Assembly (NCBI GenBank): GCA_963696285.1
Contig: CAVOJP010000004.1
Coordinates: 305,578-369,577 of the forward strand
DNA: 64,000 bases
From: an uncultured Acidobacteriaceae bacterium
Lineage (GTDB): Bacteria > Acidobacteriota > Terriglobia > Terriglobales > Acidobacteriaceae
Direction of reading: 5' to 3'
Made by a program: the position numbers and the translations under genes. How positions within the stretch are numbered: position 1 is the stretch's first letter; each line of letters starts with the position of its first letter. Under the pieces are notes generated by a model. It saw only the letters and a list, made by a program, of their open reading frames with translations, did not search any database and had not been told where the DNA came from. Below are positions 47,582 to 57,575 of this stretch, one piece after another.

Positions 47582-48496
47582 CTACGTACGGGTCAGCGTG
47601 TCGACTGGTTTGTCCAGAGTCGGTCGATGTGGAGGCGATAAAGTGCTGCTCGCCTTTGGGAGTCTTCTGCAATAAAGGAGGAAGGTGATTGCCCCAACAG
47701 GAGCGCATATGATGATTTGCCAAGGGCCATAGGCCGCGACGGCCACACTGACCGGTGGGAACTGAACGTTTAGAGGTGTGAATGTCCACTGCCCAGTAGT
47801 CCAGTTCACGGTGACGCGGAGCACGCCAACCAACATCGCGAGCAACCAGAACCACTTCTTCTTGCCGATCTTGGAGCGGATGCAAAGCACGAAGGCATAT
47901 AAAGTAATTCCGACCACCACAAGGGCAAGCGATAATCCGGCATACTGAGAAACGCCTTTGTCCGCAAGGGAGAATTCGTTCATCTCTTCGAAGGACCTCG
48001 AAGTCGGGGTGACGGCGAGCCCGCGAATAGTCCTGGCACCATCACTCCTCAGGATCACAACCCGCGCTAGCAGCCAGCTTCGGGGTTCCAACTCTGTGCG
48101 CCCGCTCATTGGCATTATCTGCGGTGCGAACTCGTATTCCAAAGTAATGTGGGTTGTAAAGTCATTGCGGCCACGGACAGTCCCCGCCTCCATAGTTTTG
48201 ATCGAAGCTGGTTGAGCACTGGGGAACATGTCGTGCATTCTGGCCAGTTCGTCACGTATTTGAGCATTTCTGATGCTGGGATCGAGCTGATCTTCAAGCT
48301 GGTCGAGTCGACCCTGCCGAAGCAGATCGACTGAGTGTAGGGCAAACACCTCGTCCTCTCGCGGCATGGTTCCATACAAGAGGTCGTCTCGAGTATAGCC
48401 GTACAATTTGAAGTAGCTCTCTCGGTCGCACCCCACAAGAGGCAAGAGCAGAAATAAAATCAGGGCTGACAGCAGGGCTATGGAAATCCTTCTCAC
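47582..48496 (-). CDS. hypothetical membrane lipoprotein
   Basis: Lipobox LLPLVGC. A soluble domain of about 170 aa, then 3-4 TM helices. No family recognised. Confidence 0.6.
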   Translation of the reverse strand: MRRISIALLSALILFLLLPLVGCDRESYFKLYGYTRDDLLYGTMPREDEVFALHSVDLLRQGRLDQLEDQLDPSIRNAQIRDELARMHDMFPSAQPASIKTMEAGTVRGRNDFTTHITLEYEFAPQIMPMSGRTELEPRSWLLARVVILRSDGARTIRGLAVTPTSRSFEEMNEFSLADKGVSQYAGLSLALVVVGITLYAFVLCIRSKIGKKKWFWLLAMLVGVLRVTVNWTTGQWTFTPLNVQFPPVSVAVAAYGPWQIIICAPVGAITFLLYCRRLPKASSTLSPPHRPTLDKPVDTLTRT

Positions 48497-48747
48497 GTGG
48501 ACAGGACCTTACTCCAAATCCCACAAAAATTCCATGTCAGTTGTTGTAAACAGGCGATTACACTCAGAACCCACGCCTTGCGGTTAATAAGTGCAGCGGG
48601 GATTTTGCAACAGTTATAACTCATTGCATAGCCTACCAGATGGGTGTACAGTGTGACCCTCTCAGGGAAACATCAACGGGGACCGCGGAAAAAAGAAAAA
48701 ACCCAGGTGATCTGATTCAGTTCATCTTCAGTAATGGAGGCGAGGAG

Positions 48748-49725
48748 ATGGCCAGTAATAAGAGTCGGGCGCAATCGGAAGTGCCGCAGTTTTTTGTCGT
48801 CAATGAAGCCGCGCGGGCGAATTTGGCGCGCCGCTTTCTGGAGTTCCAGCAGAAGAAACAAAAGCAGATCCAGGAAAGGAATGCGACCTTGCTGCAGATG
48901 GCAAAGTATCTGGGCGAGGTTCAAGGAGAGGCAAAACCTTCATCCCGTGATCCGAAAACGGCGAAGGCTCTGAAGGGCCTTCTGGGAATCCATGAAAAGC
49001 TCGCGAATCAAAAACTTGCACCACCAAGGGCCGCGCTCGGAATCGGCGGTGTCAACTATACCGTCACTGTTTCGCCGCCCTACGACTACTACCCGAAACC
49101 CATTCTCTCGACCGATCCCGAGGTATCTCAACAACCTATTCTGACGGGCTCCGCCGACCCAACCGCTGGACAACTGAGCACCAGCGCCGTCACATCTTCG
49201 CAGCCGGGCTATAGCGGCGGTGACACGTATGTCACTCTGGGGATCTATTTTCCATTCGTCCCGCCGATGCCCGGCACATTGACGGCTTACGCGAACCCCG
49301 TATATTCATTTGAGTGCTGGACCGAATCCTATTTCCCTCCCAATTCCAATGCGCCCTTAGCCCGCGCGCGTTCTTTCCTGTCGGGATCACTTAACATCTA
49401 CGGTACAATCCCCGGCAACCCTCCACCGACCTATGAAACCGTCGCGGGGCAGCAGTTCTTCTCTCTTAATCAGCAAACGCCAAGCGTGCAAGCTCCAGGC
49501 CCCCTCCTCTTAGAAGACGGCTTTAACTTGCAGACGTCTGTGTCCGTTTCAACACCTGTAGATCCGAGCCAGGCGTACATGATATTCGTCTCTGTGGAGA
49601 CTCTAGCGAACGGCTATGGCTCGCTCGGCAGCATCGCAGGTGCGATGTTGTCCGTGACCGTTCCTTCGATAACCTACAACTTCGTATCGCCTGCGGGGCC
49701 TGGTTTCCCGCTGCCAGGACGATGA
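48748..49725 (+). CDS. hypothetical protein (orphan)
   Basis: ATG 48748 preceded by GGAGGCGAGGAG. Helical, charged N-terminus, then a Pro/Ser/Thr/Gly-rich beta-type region. No signal peptide. Confidence 0.55.
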   Translation: MASNKSRAQSEVPQFFVVNEAARANLARRFLEFQQKKQKQIQERNATLLQMAKYLGEVQGEAKPSSRDPKTAKALKGLLGIHEKLANQKLAPPRAALGIGGVNYTVTVSPPYDYYPKPILSTDPEVSQQPILTGSADPTAGQLSTSAVTSSQPGYSGGDTYVTLGIYFPFVPPMPGTLTAYANPVYSFECWTESYFPPNSNAPLARARSFLSGSLNIYGTIPGNPPPTYETVAGQQFFSLNQQTPSVQAPGPLLLEDGFNLQTSVSVSTPVDPSQAYMIFVSVETLANGYGSLGSIAGAMLSVTVPSITYNFVSPAGPGFPLPGR

Positions 49726-49877
49726 GTCTAGATGCATGGTGCGCGGGATGGCTGATGCTATCAGGCGATTGCACGAGCTTGAGCCGTTTCTTCGCCCTCT
49801 CAGGATAAAATGCGAGGACGGACGCGAAATTTCGCCGCTAAATCTGGCCCTCCAGGGCGGTACCCTGTAACGGGCAA

Positions 49878-50237
49878 CTAGTTCAGCAGCGATTCCCAAT
49901 TGGCTGGCACCCTTCCTGCGGGTCCAGGAGTGGGCTGATTTTTCGGGTGCGAATGCGGCGGAAGCAATTCCACACCTTTGATCTTAATCATGCTCTGCGT
50001 CTCGTAATCGTAGAACCAGTCCTCACCCGGCTCGAAGCTGGCAATGATCGGATGCCCGGTTTCTGCCGCATGCTTGGATGCGTGCTGGCTTGGAGAACTG
50101 TCGCAGCATCCGATGTGCCCGCACTCCGCACACCGGCGCAGATGAAACCACCAACCTGTCGGTGAGGCCAGGCACTCCACACACCCATCGCCACTCGGTT
50201 TCGAAGCCGGGTTAATTCCGCGGTGATCTTTCTTCAT
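49878..50237 (-). CDS. UBP-type zinc-finger protein
   Basis: CVEC...HLRRCAECGHIGCCDSSPSQHASKHAAETGHP matches the zf-UBP pattern. ATG at 50237. Confidence 0.75.
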   Translation of the reverse strand: MKKDHRGINPASKPSGDGCVECLASPTGWWFHLRRCAECGHIGCCDSSPSQHASKHAAETGHPIIASFEPGEDWFYDYETQSMIKIKGVELLPPHSHPKNQPTPGPAGRVPANWESLLN

Positions 50238-50306
50238 TTTTCGATTTCCCTTTCGCGTCCACTGTTCGCCAAAATAATGTCCACAAAATGATGTTTGCAA
50301 ATAATG

Positions 50307-51212
50307 TCAAGCCACCAGCAATATCTTGCCGCTACCACCCTTTTCTGCCGCGGCTTGAGCCTCGGCGGCTTCGCGCAGAGGCAGTTTCTGGCTGATCGGA
50401 ATCACCAGCTTGCCATCTCGCACCGCTTCGGCCATGAACTCGAGAGTTTTCCGGTCGAATTTCGAGAACACGTGCTCCACTTTTACAGATGGGTAATATG
50501 CGGCACTCTGCGGCGGCGCAACAACCGTCGCAAACACTCCTCCCGGCTTCACCTTGGCGATCAGCTTCTCGGCGGTTCTTCCTCCGACTGTATCCGCCAC
50601 CGCATCGAGAGGAGGAAGATTTACAATCGCGGTGTCGTCGTCGGTTGCAAGCACCTGATCCGCGCCCACAGTTTTCGCCTCATCAAACTGCCTTTTCAAA
50701 ACTCCTGCGATCACAGTTGCCCCGCGTTGCTTTGCAGTGAATACCGCGGAACGCCCGACGTTTCCGGCAGCACCTACCACGAGCACCGTCTGGCCCGCCT
50801 TTACTCCCGTAGCGGCCATGAGTTGGTTGCCGGTCGTTGTCACCAGCGGCAGCGCCGCCGCCTGGATCAAATCGAGTCCCTTGGGAACTTTCGCCAGGAC
50901 TGCGGCTTTCACGACACAAAGTTCAGCGTAAGTATTATCCGCCATCGCGAATACCTGGTCGCCGGCGGAAAAGCCATCCACTCCCGGCCCGACCTTGACC
51001 ACAGTGCCCGCAATGTCGACTCCGATGAGGCCCGGGAACTGGAGAGGATAAAAATCCTTCGTTAATCCGGCGCGCCGCTTGTAATCGATCGGATTCACGC
51101 TGGTGGCAGCGACCCGCACCAGCACTTCGCCCGGACCCGGAACCGGGTCAGGGTAGTCTTCGAACTTGAGTACTTCGGGACCGCCGTACTGGTGGACAAC
51201 AATTGCTTTCAT
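50307..51212 (-). CDS. NADPH:quinone oxidoreductase-type MDR (zinc-independent)
   Basis: 301 aa. VLVVGAAGNVG cofactor motif, GKILLV C-terminus. Confidence 0.85.
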   Translation of the reverse strand: MKAIVVHQYGGPEVLKFEDYPDPVPGPGEVLVRVAATSVNPIDYKRRAGLTKDFYPLQFPGLIGVDIAGTVVKVGPGVDGFSAGDQVFAMADNTYAELCVVKAAVLAKVPKGLDLIQAAALPLVTTTGNQLMAATGVKAGQTVLVVGAAGNVGRSAVFTAKQRGATVIAGVLKRQFDEAKTVGADQVLATDDDTAIVNLPPLDAVADTVGGRTAEKLIAKVKPGGVFATVVAPPQSAAYYPSVKVEHVFSKFDRKTLEFMAEAVRDGKLVIPISQKLPLREAAEAQAAAEKGGSGKILLVA

Positions 51213-51404
51213 ACGTCATCTCCTCAAAGAAGGTAGGGAACAGCCGCACACGAAACTTAGATGAACGAACCTGGAATTGGTCGCCGGGTCGATGGAATCC
51301 CGAAATTCTAAACTGGAAAACCTGCGACAGGGACGGCGGATCATTGAGTAAGAAACAATCCATCGATTTGTTGCGCTCAACATTGCTGCTCAACATTGCC
51401 GCGC

Positions 51405-51938
51405 TTAGCAATGGCTCGTCTTCGCCGAAGTTCGGTATTTCGCCCACTTCAGTACGTCCCAGATCTCGCACTGCAGGTAAAAACCTGACGAAATAGAGGG
51501 CGCTATTACCCCTTCGCTAACCGCATCCTGAACGACTTCATGTACTGCTTCGTAACCCGGAATCTGGACTCGCTTGGCGAGTTCGATCACTTCTCGTGCT
51601 GGAAGTGCGTGTTCAGCAATCATCGAAAGCAGTAACATCAGGCCGTCGGGACCCGCGAACCGGTCCAGCGCTAATCCTTCTACGATGGCACGGTTCTTTC
51701 TGAACTCGGCTCGCGGATTATATTGACAGCCGTGTGGCTTTCGCCCGCTTGGGCTTATGTTCCGACGGTGCACTAACCGCAAACCACTTACTTTCGGTTT
51801 TCCCCTGGCGTCCTCTGCCGCAAGCCACTCCACCCAGCCTGCCTGGAAATCTGATATAAGTTCGCCACAACTATCACATCGCCAACCGGATCGAATGGAT
51901 TTTTCTCGAGACATAATATTCACCAACATCAGAGACAA
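51405..51938 (-). CDS. hypothetical protein (orphan)
   Basis: 177-aa ORF (or 169 aa from MSREKS at 51914). CDSC near the N-terminus. No family recognised. Confidence 0.5.
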   Translation of the reverse strand: MSLMLVNIMSREKSIRSGWRCDSCGELISDFQAGWVEWLAAEDARGKPKVSGLRLVHRRNISPSGRKPHGCQYNPRAEFRKNRAIVEGLALDRFAGPDGLMLLLSMIAEHALPAREVIELAKRVQIPGYEAVHEVVQDAVSEGVIAPSISSGFYLQCEIWDVLKWAKYRTSAKTSHC

Positions 51939-52011
51939 TCGTAGGATTCTTCCATCCGAAGTAACGTGAGGTGGGGATCTGCAAAAGGCCCGATCTCACC
52001 TCACGATACGT

Positions 52012-52554
52012 TCAACGGCTCACCGCTTGCATTTCAGGTTCGAGAACATGATCGGTCACCTGGGTTGGCTTCGACGTGCTCAAAATATTTTTGGCCTTCG
52101 CTACCTCAGCGGAAGTTCCATGAGCAACCACCAGGTACTGGCCGGCTTTTATGGCGGTCTCGTAGGTCACGATGCTGTCTTTGGGTATGCCTATGCTGTA
52201 CAGGCCGGCACCAATAGCGCTCAAACCGCCGACCGCCACCGCTCCTTCCAGGCCTGCAACGATCCATGCCACCAGCGGACCGCCCACCAGCACTGGACCG
52301 ATCCCGGGTACCCAGAAGAATGCGGCACCGACTAGCAAGCCCCAGAATCCACCCCAGAAAGCGCCCCACTTTCCCCAATACTTCATGCGGTCTCCCGCGT
52401 TGTAGTAGCCAACGACTTGCTCGTCGGTGTGATAATCCTTCCCCACAACTGACAACTTCTTCATGTCGAAACCTGACTTCTGAAGTTCCTTCACGGCATC
52501 TTCCGCTGCCGTGTGACTGTCATACACTGCAATCACTGCATTTGTGTCCGTCAT
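52012..52554 (-). CDS. general-stress-type membrane protein (YflT-like N-domain + glycine-zipper TM, DUF1269-like)
   Basis: AVYDSHTAAEDAVKELQKSGFDMKKLSVVGKDYH, then a Gly-rich TM segment. Confidence 0.7.
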   Translation of the reverse strand: MTDTNAVIAVYDSHTAAEDAVKELQKSGFDMKKLSVVGKDYHTDEQVVGYYNAGDRMKYWGKWGAFWGGFWGLLVGAAFFWVPGIGPVLVGGPLVAWIVAGLEGAVAVGGLSAIGAGLYSIGIPKDSIVTYETAIKAGQYLVVAHGTSAEVAKAKNILSTSKPTQVTDHVLEPEMQAVSR

Positions 52555-52650
52555 ATTGCGTCTCCTCCTTTAAGCTTGGTTTTGTTTGGTTGAGATTTGA
52601 CTTAACTGTGATTAATTCTTCTGTCGGCCGGTTGCCTCAGCGGTGGTTTC

Positions 52651-52986
52651 TTAACCCTGCGCCCGGTGTTCGCGCGTGGCAACGCCTTTGGCGGCAGCCT
52701 CTCTTCTATTCTTTTGCGGATGAATGCCCAGGTCGTGCCATGACGTTTCTGCGAGGTTGACGCCGTAGTAGTTTGCCGCTTTCTCGATGTTCGCGAACGC
52801 CAAAGCGCGATCGGCATCCGAGACGTCGATGACTTGATCAAACCGCGCCACGGCGTTACGCACATGTTCTGCATCGGTGAGTGGTTCTTTACGCTGCTTC
52901 GGAAATGCGTAGACGCTGTCGGGCAAGTCGCTCTGCGTCGTCAGCCGTCCGTGTTTTTCGTGAGGTTTCCAGGTAGCTTCCTGCAT
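52651..52986 (-). CDS. DUF6582-like small protein
   Basis: LPDSVYAFPKQRKEPLTDAEHVRNAVARFDQV matches my recollection of that family. Confidence 0.6.
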   Translation of the reverse strand: MQEATWKPHEKHGRLTTQSDLPDSVYAFPKQRKEPLTDAEHVRNAVARFDQVIDVSDADRALAFANIEKAANYYGVNLAETSWHDLGIHPQKNRREAAAKGVATREHRAQG

Positions 52987-53051
52987 GTCTTTACCATCCT
53001 TTCTGCAAGTAGTTAGATGGATGTGATTACACGCGAGGTGCTCCGGCGAAT

Positions 53052-53086
53052 CAATTGGACGATGGTATTGGCGATACCTTGGTATC
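53052..53086 (-). promoter_or_regulatory. GTCCAATTG-box motif, site d (upstream of DUF6582 / DUF1269 genes)
   Basis: caattggacgatggtattggcgataccttggtatc. 66 nt from the ATG at 52986. Confidence 0.55.
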
Positions 53087-53192
53087 AGCGAGGATGAGCT
53101 GTGAATTAATGCCGCGACTCAGAACGCCGGATTAAAGAAAACGCGACGCGGAGAGACAAAAGCGGCCAGGAGCGTATCAGGGTGCCGATGGC

Positions 53193-53567
53193 TCAATTCA
53201 CTCGGAGTGCGGTATTGAGAGCGTCAAGCAGAGCCGTATCGCTGAACGGCTTGAACAAGCACTCCACCGCCCCCTGCTCGAGAAGTCGCGGGCGAACAGT
53301 CTTATCGGTGCTGGCGGTGATAAAGATAATCGGAATCTCCTGCCCGCGACGCTTCAATTCCCGCTGAAGGTCGGGTCCGCTCATTCCCGGCATGGCGATG
53401 TCGAGCAGCAGGCATTTGGTTTGGGGGGCGCAACCGGACGCGAGAAACTCTTCCGGCGACGAGAAGGCGCGGGCTGCAAAGCCGAACTCGTTTAGCAAGT
53501 CTGGTAGCGACTCGCGGACAGATTCGTCGTCATCCACCACCGATACAAGCGAACGCGTGACTGTCAT
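53193..53567 (-). CDS. single-domain response regulator (FixJ-type receiver, no output domain)
   Basis: VSVVDDDESVRESL, LLLDIAMPGMSG, IIFITA, FKP. Confidence 0.9.
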   Translation of the reverse strand: MTVTRSLVSVVDDDESVRESLPDLLNEFGFAARAFSSPEEFLASGCAPQTKCLLLDIAMPGMSGPDLQRELKRRGQEIPIIFITASTDKTVRPRLLEQGAVECLFKPFSDTALLDALNTALRVN

Positions 53568-53780
53568 AGATGCTTCATGCCGCGCCCACAGCCGCAGGCT
53601 TCGGCAACGCTAAACGTGGTGCATTCGCACTGGCATTGGTCGGGAAGGTCCATGCCCGTCAGGCGAGCCGCCCATGCAATGAGGGGAGCGCATTGACGAC
53701 GGGGCTGAACTCGTCTTCGAAAAGACACTTTCCTGATTCTCCGCCACAACAGGAGGGTGCGCCACTCCAGGAGGCACTGT

Positions 53781-53807
53781 CTATTACACCTTAGTATTGG
53801 TATTAGC
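53781..53807 (-). promoter_or_regulatory. GTCCAATTG-box motif, site i (degenerate; upstream of the single-domain RR)
   Basis: ctattacaccttagtattggtattagc aligns with site a (caattggaccttagtatcggcgacacc). 214 nt from the ATG at 53567. Confidence 0.35.
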
Positions 53808-53911
53808 TGCCCCGGTCGGGGGCGAAGAACTCATGGTAAACGCCAACTCACCCCGCGCGAACGCGGAACTCCTAAGTAAGTGGGGTGACGGCTCGTACGG
53901 GAGTCAGATCC

Positions 53912-56107
53912 TCACGCCGCGTCTGTTACGTCAGGCGTCCGAAAGGCTCGATTACTTTCGGCGTCCGTCGCGCCTTCGGATGCGCGAGGAATTGAGAATG
54001 AAAACGTTGCCCCCGGACCTTTATTCAGTGTTGCACGTAGATGACCGTGATGACCCTCGATAATGGAGCGACTGACGGAGAGTCCGATTCCCATACCGTC
54101 ATTCTTGGTGGTGTAGAACGATTCAAAAAGTCTTTCCACGGCTCGCGGGTCGAAACCGGTTCCTGCGTCCTGTACGGTGAGGCTTACGCGATCGCCTTCG
54201 TCTCGTTCTGTTCTGATCAGCAACTGCCTCGGACGATCGTCGACGCTGCTCATCGCGTCTGATCCATTCCGGATCAGGTTCAGGATGACTTGCTGCAACT
54301 GGACGCGATCTCCTGTAACCGGAGGGAGGTCGTCGGCAAGTTCCGGCCGCAGGATCACCCGGTTTCGCTGAAGTTCGCTCACTGACAGCGCAATTACCTC
54401 TCTGGTGGCCTCGTTCAGGTCTACGGATTCGATCGTGTGCTCTTTTTTGCCATACAGTGCTCGCAATCGAGTGATCACCTCAGAGGCTCGGTTGCCATCG
54501 CGAATCGTGCGCCGGGCGGTCTCGCGGGCGCCGTCCACGTTGGGAGGATTGGCGGCCAACATTCGCAAACACGTACTGGCGTTGGTGACGATGCCCGAAA
54601 GCGGCTGGTTGACCTCGTGTGCGATCGACGCCGTCAATACTCCAAGGCTCGTCACCCTGGCCACGTGCGACAGCTGTGATCGGGCTTTGCTCAGTGCCTC
54701 TTCGGAGAATCGGCGTTCAGTTACGTCCTGAACTGCGCCGATGTACTCCAGCTTGCCTTGGTCGCCACGGCTGTGAGCTACGACGTCTACATACTTAACA
54801 GTGCCGTCGGGCATCTGCAGGCGGAGCTCGAGTTGCACGTCGCCGCCGTCCCGCCGAGCTCGCTCAATATGTTCCCGGAATACTGATAAATCTTCCGGGT
54901 GGATTCGAGTGCCGATCAGTTCAAAGGTCACCTGCGCATCCCGGTGAATCTGGAAAATACGATAAAGCTGCTCTGACCATGTGATGTCGTCGGTCGCTAC
55001 ACGCCAGGAGAAACTGCCGATTCGACTGAGATACTGGGCTTCCGCGAGAAACGCCTCGCTGCGCTGCAGTTCCTGCTCTGCCCGTTTGCGTTTCGTAATG
55101 TCGCGCAGATAGCCGGTGAAGGAGGGCGGCCCTTCCAGCGGAATGCGTGTAACTGCAAGCTCGACAGGGAATTCGCTTCCGTCAGCACGCACTGCCGTCA
55201 TCTCGATGCGTCTCCCGAGCACTCGCGCTTCGCCCGTAGCCAGGTAGCGGGCGAAGCCCAGCCGATGCTTCTCCCGAAGTGACGGCGGGATGATGACCTC
55301 GGCCAGTTGCTTGCCCACGACGGCATCCCGAAGGTGCCCGAAGGTCCGCTCTGCAGCCGGATTGAACTCGGTGATGCGACCTTCGTGATCGATCGTCACA
55401 ATGCAGTCGAGAGCCGATTCCACGATCGCTGCCTTGAGGACCTCACTTCGCTTCAGTTCCTTCTCTTCTTCCCCCAGCCTCTCTTCCATGAGTCTGCGTT
55501 CGGCCAATTCCTTTTTAAGCTCATTGTTGGCGGCGGCAAGTTCGGCAGTCCGTTGCATGATCCGTTGATCAAGTTCGTTGGCGACCCGCTTCTGCTGGCT
55601 CAGGAGCCGTGCCTCCTGTAGCCCGATCGATGCCTGATTCGCCGCCACGCTCAGAAGAAGTGCCTCGGTTTGCAGCGGAAAATCCGGTCGCTCGGCCGCC
55701 GCCACGATTGTGCCGAGTTCACCCTGTAACCCCAGTGGCAGAGGCACGATCGAAACGTCTCCCTCGCCCATAAGGCTGCGCAGCAGCGGAGGCCATTTCC
55801 CTGAGTCGTTTTTGGAATACTGGCTGAGCGCTTCGCAGATCTCGTGCGCCGGGAGCATCGGTCGTTGTCTTTGCAGCTTGGCCAGCCGGACGATCTCAAC
55901 CGCCGCGTCGCCCACCGGATCTGTCAGCCTTACGGAGACCAGGTCCAGGCGCAGCATCCGCAGGAGCGCATCGAGCAGGGTTTCGAGAACCTGGGATGGA
56001 TTGCCCCCACTCCAGATGGCGGGAAGAGCAAGCAGGCTGACAAGATCGTTTATGCACCGTTGCAGGTGCTTGACTTCGCCAGCAGCGAGTTCGGGTTGGA
56101 CTTTCAT
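53912..56107 (-). CDS. GAF-PAS-PAS sensor histidine kinase
   Basis: ATG 56107 lies 1 nt after the MEDS gene stop. H-box SIAHEVNQPL. N/G boxes IRNGSDAM and GMGIGLSVSRSI. Coiled coil plus two PAS-like segments. Confidence 0.9.
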   Translation of the reverse strand: MKVQPELAAGEVKHLQRCINDLVSLLALPAIWSGGNPSQVLETLLDALLRMLRLDLVSVRLTDPVGDAAVEIVRLAKLQRQRPMLPAHEICEALSQYSKNDSGKWPPLLRSLMGEGDVSIVPLPLGLQGELGTIVAAAERPDFPLQTEALLLSVAANQASIGLQEARLLSQQKRVANELDQRIMQRTAELAAANNELKKELAERRLMEERLGEEEKELKRSEVLKAAIVESALDCIVTIDHEGRITEFNPAAERTFGHLRDAVVGKQLAEVIIPPSLREKHRLGFARYLATGEARVLGRRIEMTAVRADGSEFPVELAVTRIPLEGPPSFTGYLRDITKRKRAEQELQRSEAFLAEAQYLSRIGSFSWRVATDDITWSEQLYRIFQIHRDAQVTFELIGTRIHPEDLSVFREHIERARRDGGDVQLELRLQMPDGTVKYVDVVAHSRGDQGKLEYIGAVQDVTERRFSEEALSKARSQLSHVARVTSLGVLTASIAHEVNQPLSGIVTNASTCLRMLAANPPNVDGARETARRTIRDGNRASEVITRLRALYGKKEHTIESVDLNEATREVIALSVSELQRNRVILRPELADDLPPVTGDRVQLQQVILNLIRNGSDAMSSVDDRPRQLLIRTERDEGDRVSLTVQDAGTGFDPRAVERLFESFYTTKNDGMGIGLSVSRSIIEGHHGHLRATLNKGPGATFSFSIPRASEGATDAESNRAFRTPDVTDAA

Positions 56108-56108
56108 A

Positions 56109-56762
56109 TCAGGCAGCCGTGGACACCGAACGCCGCGCAGCCCGACGCTGACGGACCTCGTGCAGAAATTCCTCGGGTGGCACGTAGAACGGATTCCGGT
56201 GCAGGAGGCCACCGATGATGATCATCGGATGCGTCCGCATAATGTCGATCACCGTGTCGCCTCCAAATTTGCTGAGCTGGTAGGTGCAGATCACCGCGTC
56301 GTCGTGGCTACGCCATACACTGTTCACACGCGATTCGAATTCAACGACATCGTCAATATAGGATTGATCTTCAATTGCCCAATCCATGCGGCAGCAGATG
56401 CGGCTCAACGGGAATCCTCCCTTGGCATTGCCGCTCGCCATCTGCTCAAATGCGGCCAGCATTCGATCCTGATCAAAACGGCCGTCCCGAATGTAAGCTT
56501 CGGTGTTGATCCGAACCTCTAATTGGCCGCTCTGCTCAGCAGCTGCTGGGTCGATTCCGACTGCGGTCAACCGTTGAAGATGGTCGCGACGTTGATCCGG
56601 GTTGACCACGTGGACCGCCTTGTCACCGACCTTGAATCCGTCGGTAATGAAGGGAAGCAGCACGCGATACTCTTCGTCGTCGCTATTGAAAAATGCGCAG
56701 ACATGACGTACCTCGCCGAGATGGGAACCGGCTAGGGAAATCGGTGTTGAGTTTTTCTTCAT
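56109..56762 (-). CDS. MEDS-domain protein
   Basis: RHVCAFFNSDDEEYRVLLPFITDGFKVGDKAVHVV is typical of MEDS (DcmR-like sensory) domains. Confidence 0.75.
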   Translation of the reverse strand: MKKNSTPISLAGSHLGEVRHVCAFFNSDDEEYRVLLPFITDGFKVGDKAVHVVNPDQRRDHLQRLTAVGIDPAAAEQSGQLEVRINTEAYIRDGRFDQDRMLAAFEQMASGNAKGGFPLSRICCRMDWAIEDQSYIDDVVEFESRVNSVWRSHDDAVICTYQLSKFGGDTVIDIMRTHPMIIIGGLLHRNPFYVPPEEFLHEVRQRRAARRSVSTAA

Positions 56763-56939
56763 GCTGTTCTCCTACGATAGGGTCGGCCGCAGCGCGGGTT
56801 TCTATGCTGCGCGCTCACTCTGTTTATCTTGTCGGCCCGGTTTCGAGGGCCAGTTGGTCCACTACCCGGCAAAATACTTGAAGGACGGTGTCTGCGAATT
56901 CCGCGTCTCCATGAAGACTACGACCAGAGAATATTTCGG

Positions 56940-57575
56940 TTACGCCGCCGTCGTCGCTGCGGGCACGGGGCGGAGTCTCGCGGCCATTTTCACTAGGTCG
57001 GCAAGAGAGCTGGCCTTCATCTTTTGCATCACCTTGCCGCGGTGCGCCTTCACCGTGATTTCGCTGATACCAAGCTCCCCGCCGACTTGTTTATTCAACA
57101 GTCCGGAAACCACCAACGCCATCACCTGCTGTTCGCGTTGGGAAAGCGACGCGTAACGCTCCCGGAGCACCCGCATCTCGGCATCTTTGCCGAGGGCAGC
57201 ACTGCTGCGCGCGAGAGCTGCCCGAATGGCGGTTAAGAGCACGTCATCATTGAATGGTTTGGTCAAGAATTCGACAGCCCCCGCCTTCATGGCTTGGACC
57301 GTCATGGGCACATCGCCGTGGCCCGTGATGAAGATGATCGGCATATCCGTCCGATCGCCGGCGACGAGCCGCTGGAGGTCTAGCCCGTTGAGACCGGGAA
57401 GAGAAATGTCAAGTACGAGGCAGTTGGGAATAAGGACGCGTGGATAGTCGAGGAATTCCTGGGCGGACGGAAATGTCTCCGGCTGCCAACCTGCACAGCG
57501 AATCAGCAGTTCCAGCGATTCGCGTACGGAGACGTCATCGTCAACAACGAAGACGATTGGCGTGACTTGCAACAT
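56940..57575 (-). CDS. FixJ/LuxR-family response regulator
   Basis: VFVVDDDVSVRESL receiver. LSQREQQVMALVVSGLLNKQVGGELGISEITVKAHRGKVMQKM HTH. Confidence 0.92.
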   Translation of the reverse strand: MLQVTPIVFVVDDDVSVRESLELLIRCAGWQPETFPSAQEFLDYPRVLIPNCLVLDISLPGLNGLDLQRLVAGDRTDMPIIFITGHGDVPMTVQAMKAGAVEFLTKPFNDDVLLTAIRAALARSSAALGKDAEMRVLRERYASLSQREQQVMALVVSGLLNKQVGGELGISEITVKAHRGKVMQKMKASSLADLVKMAARLRPVPAATTAA

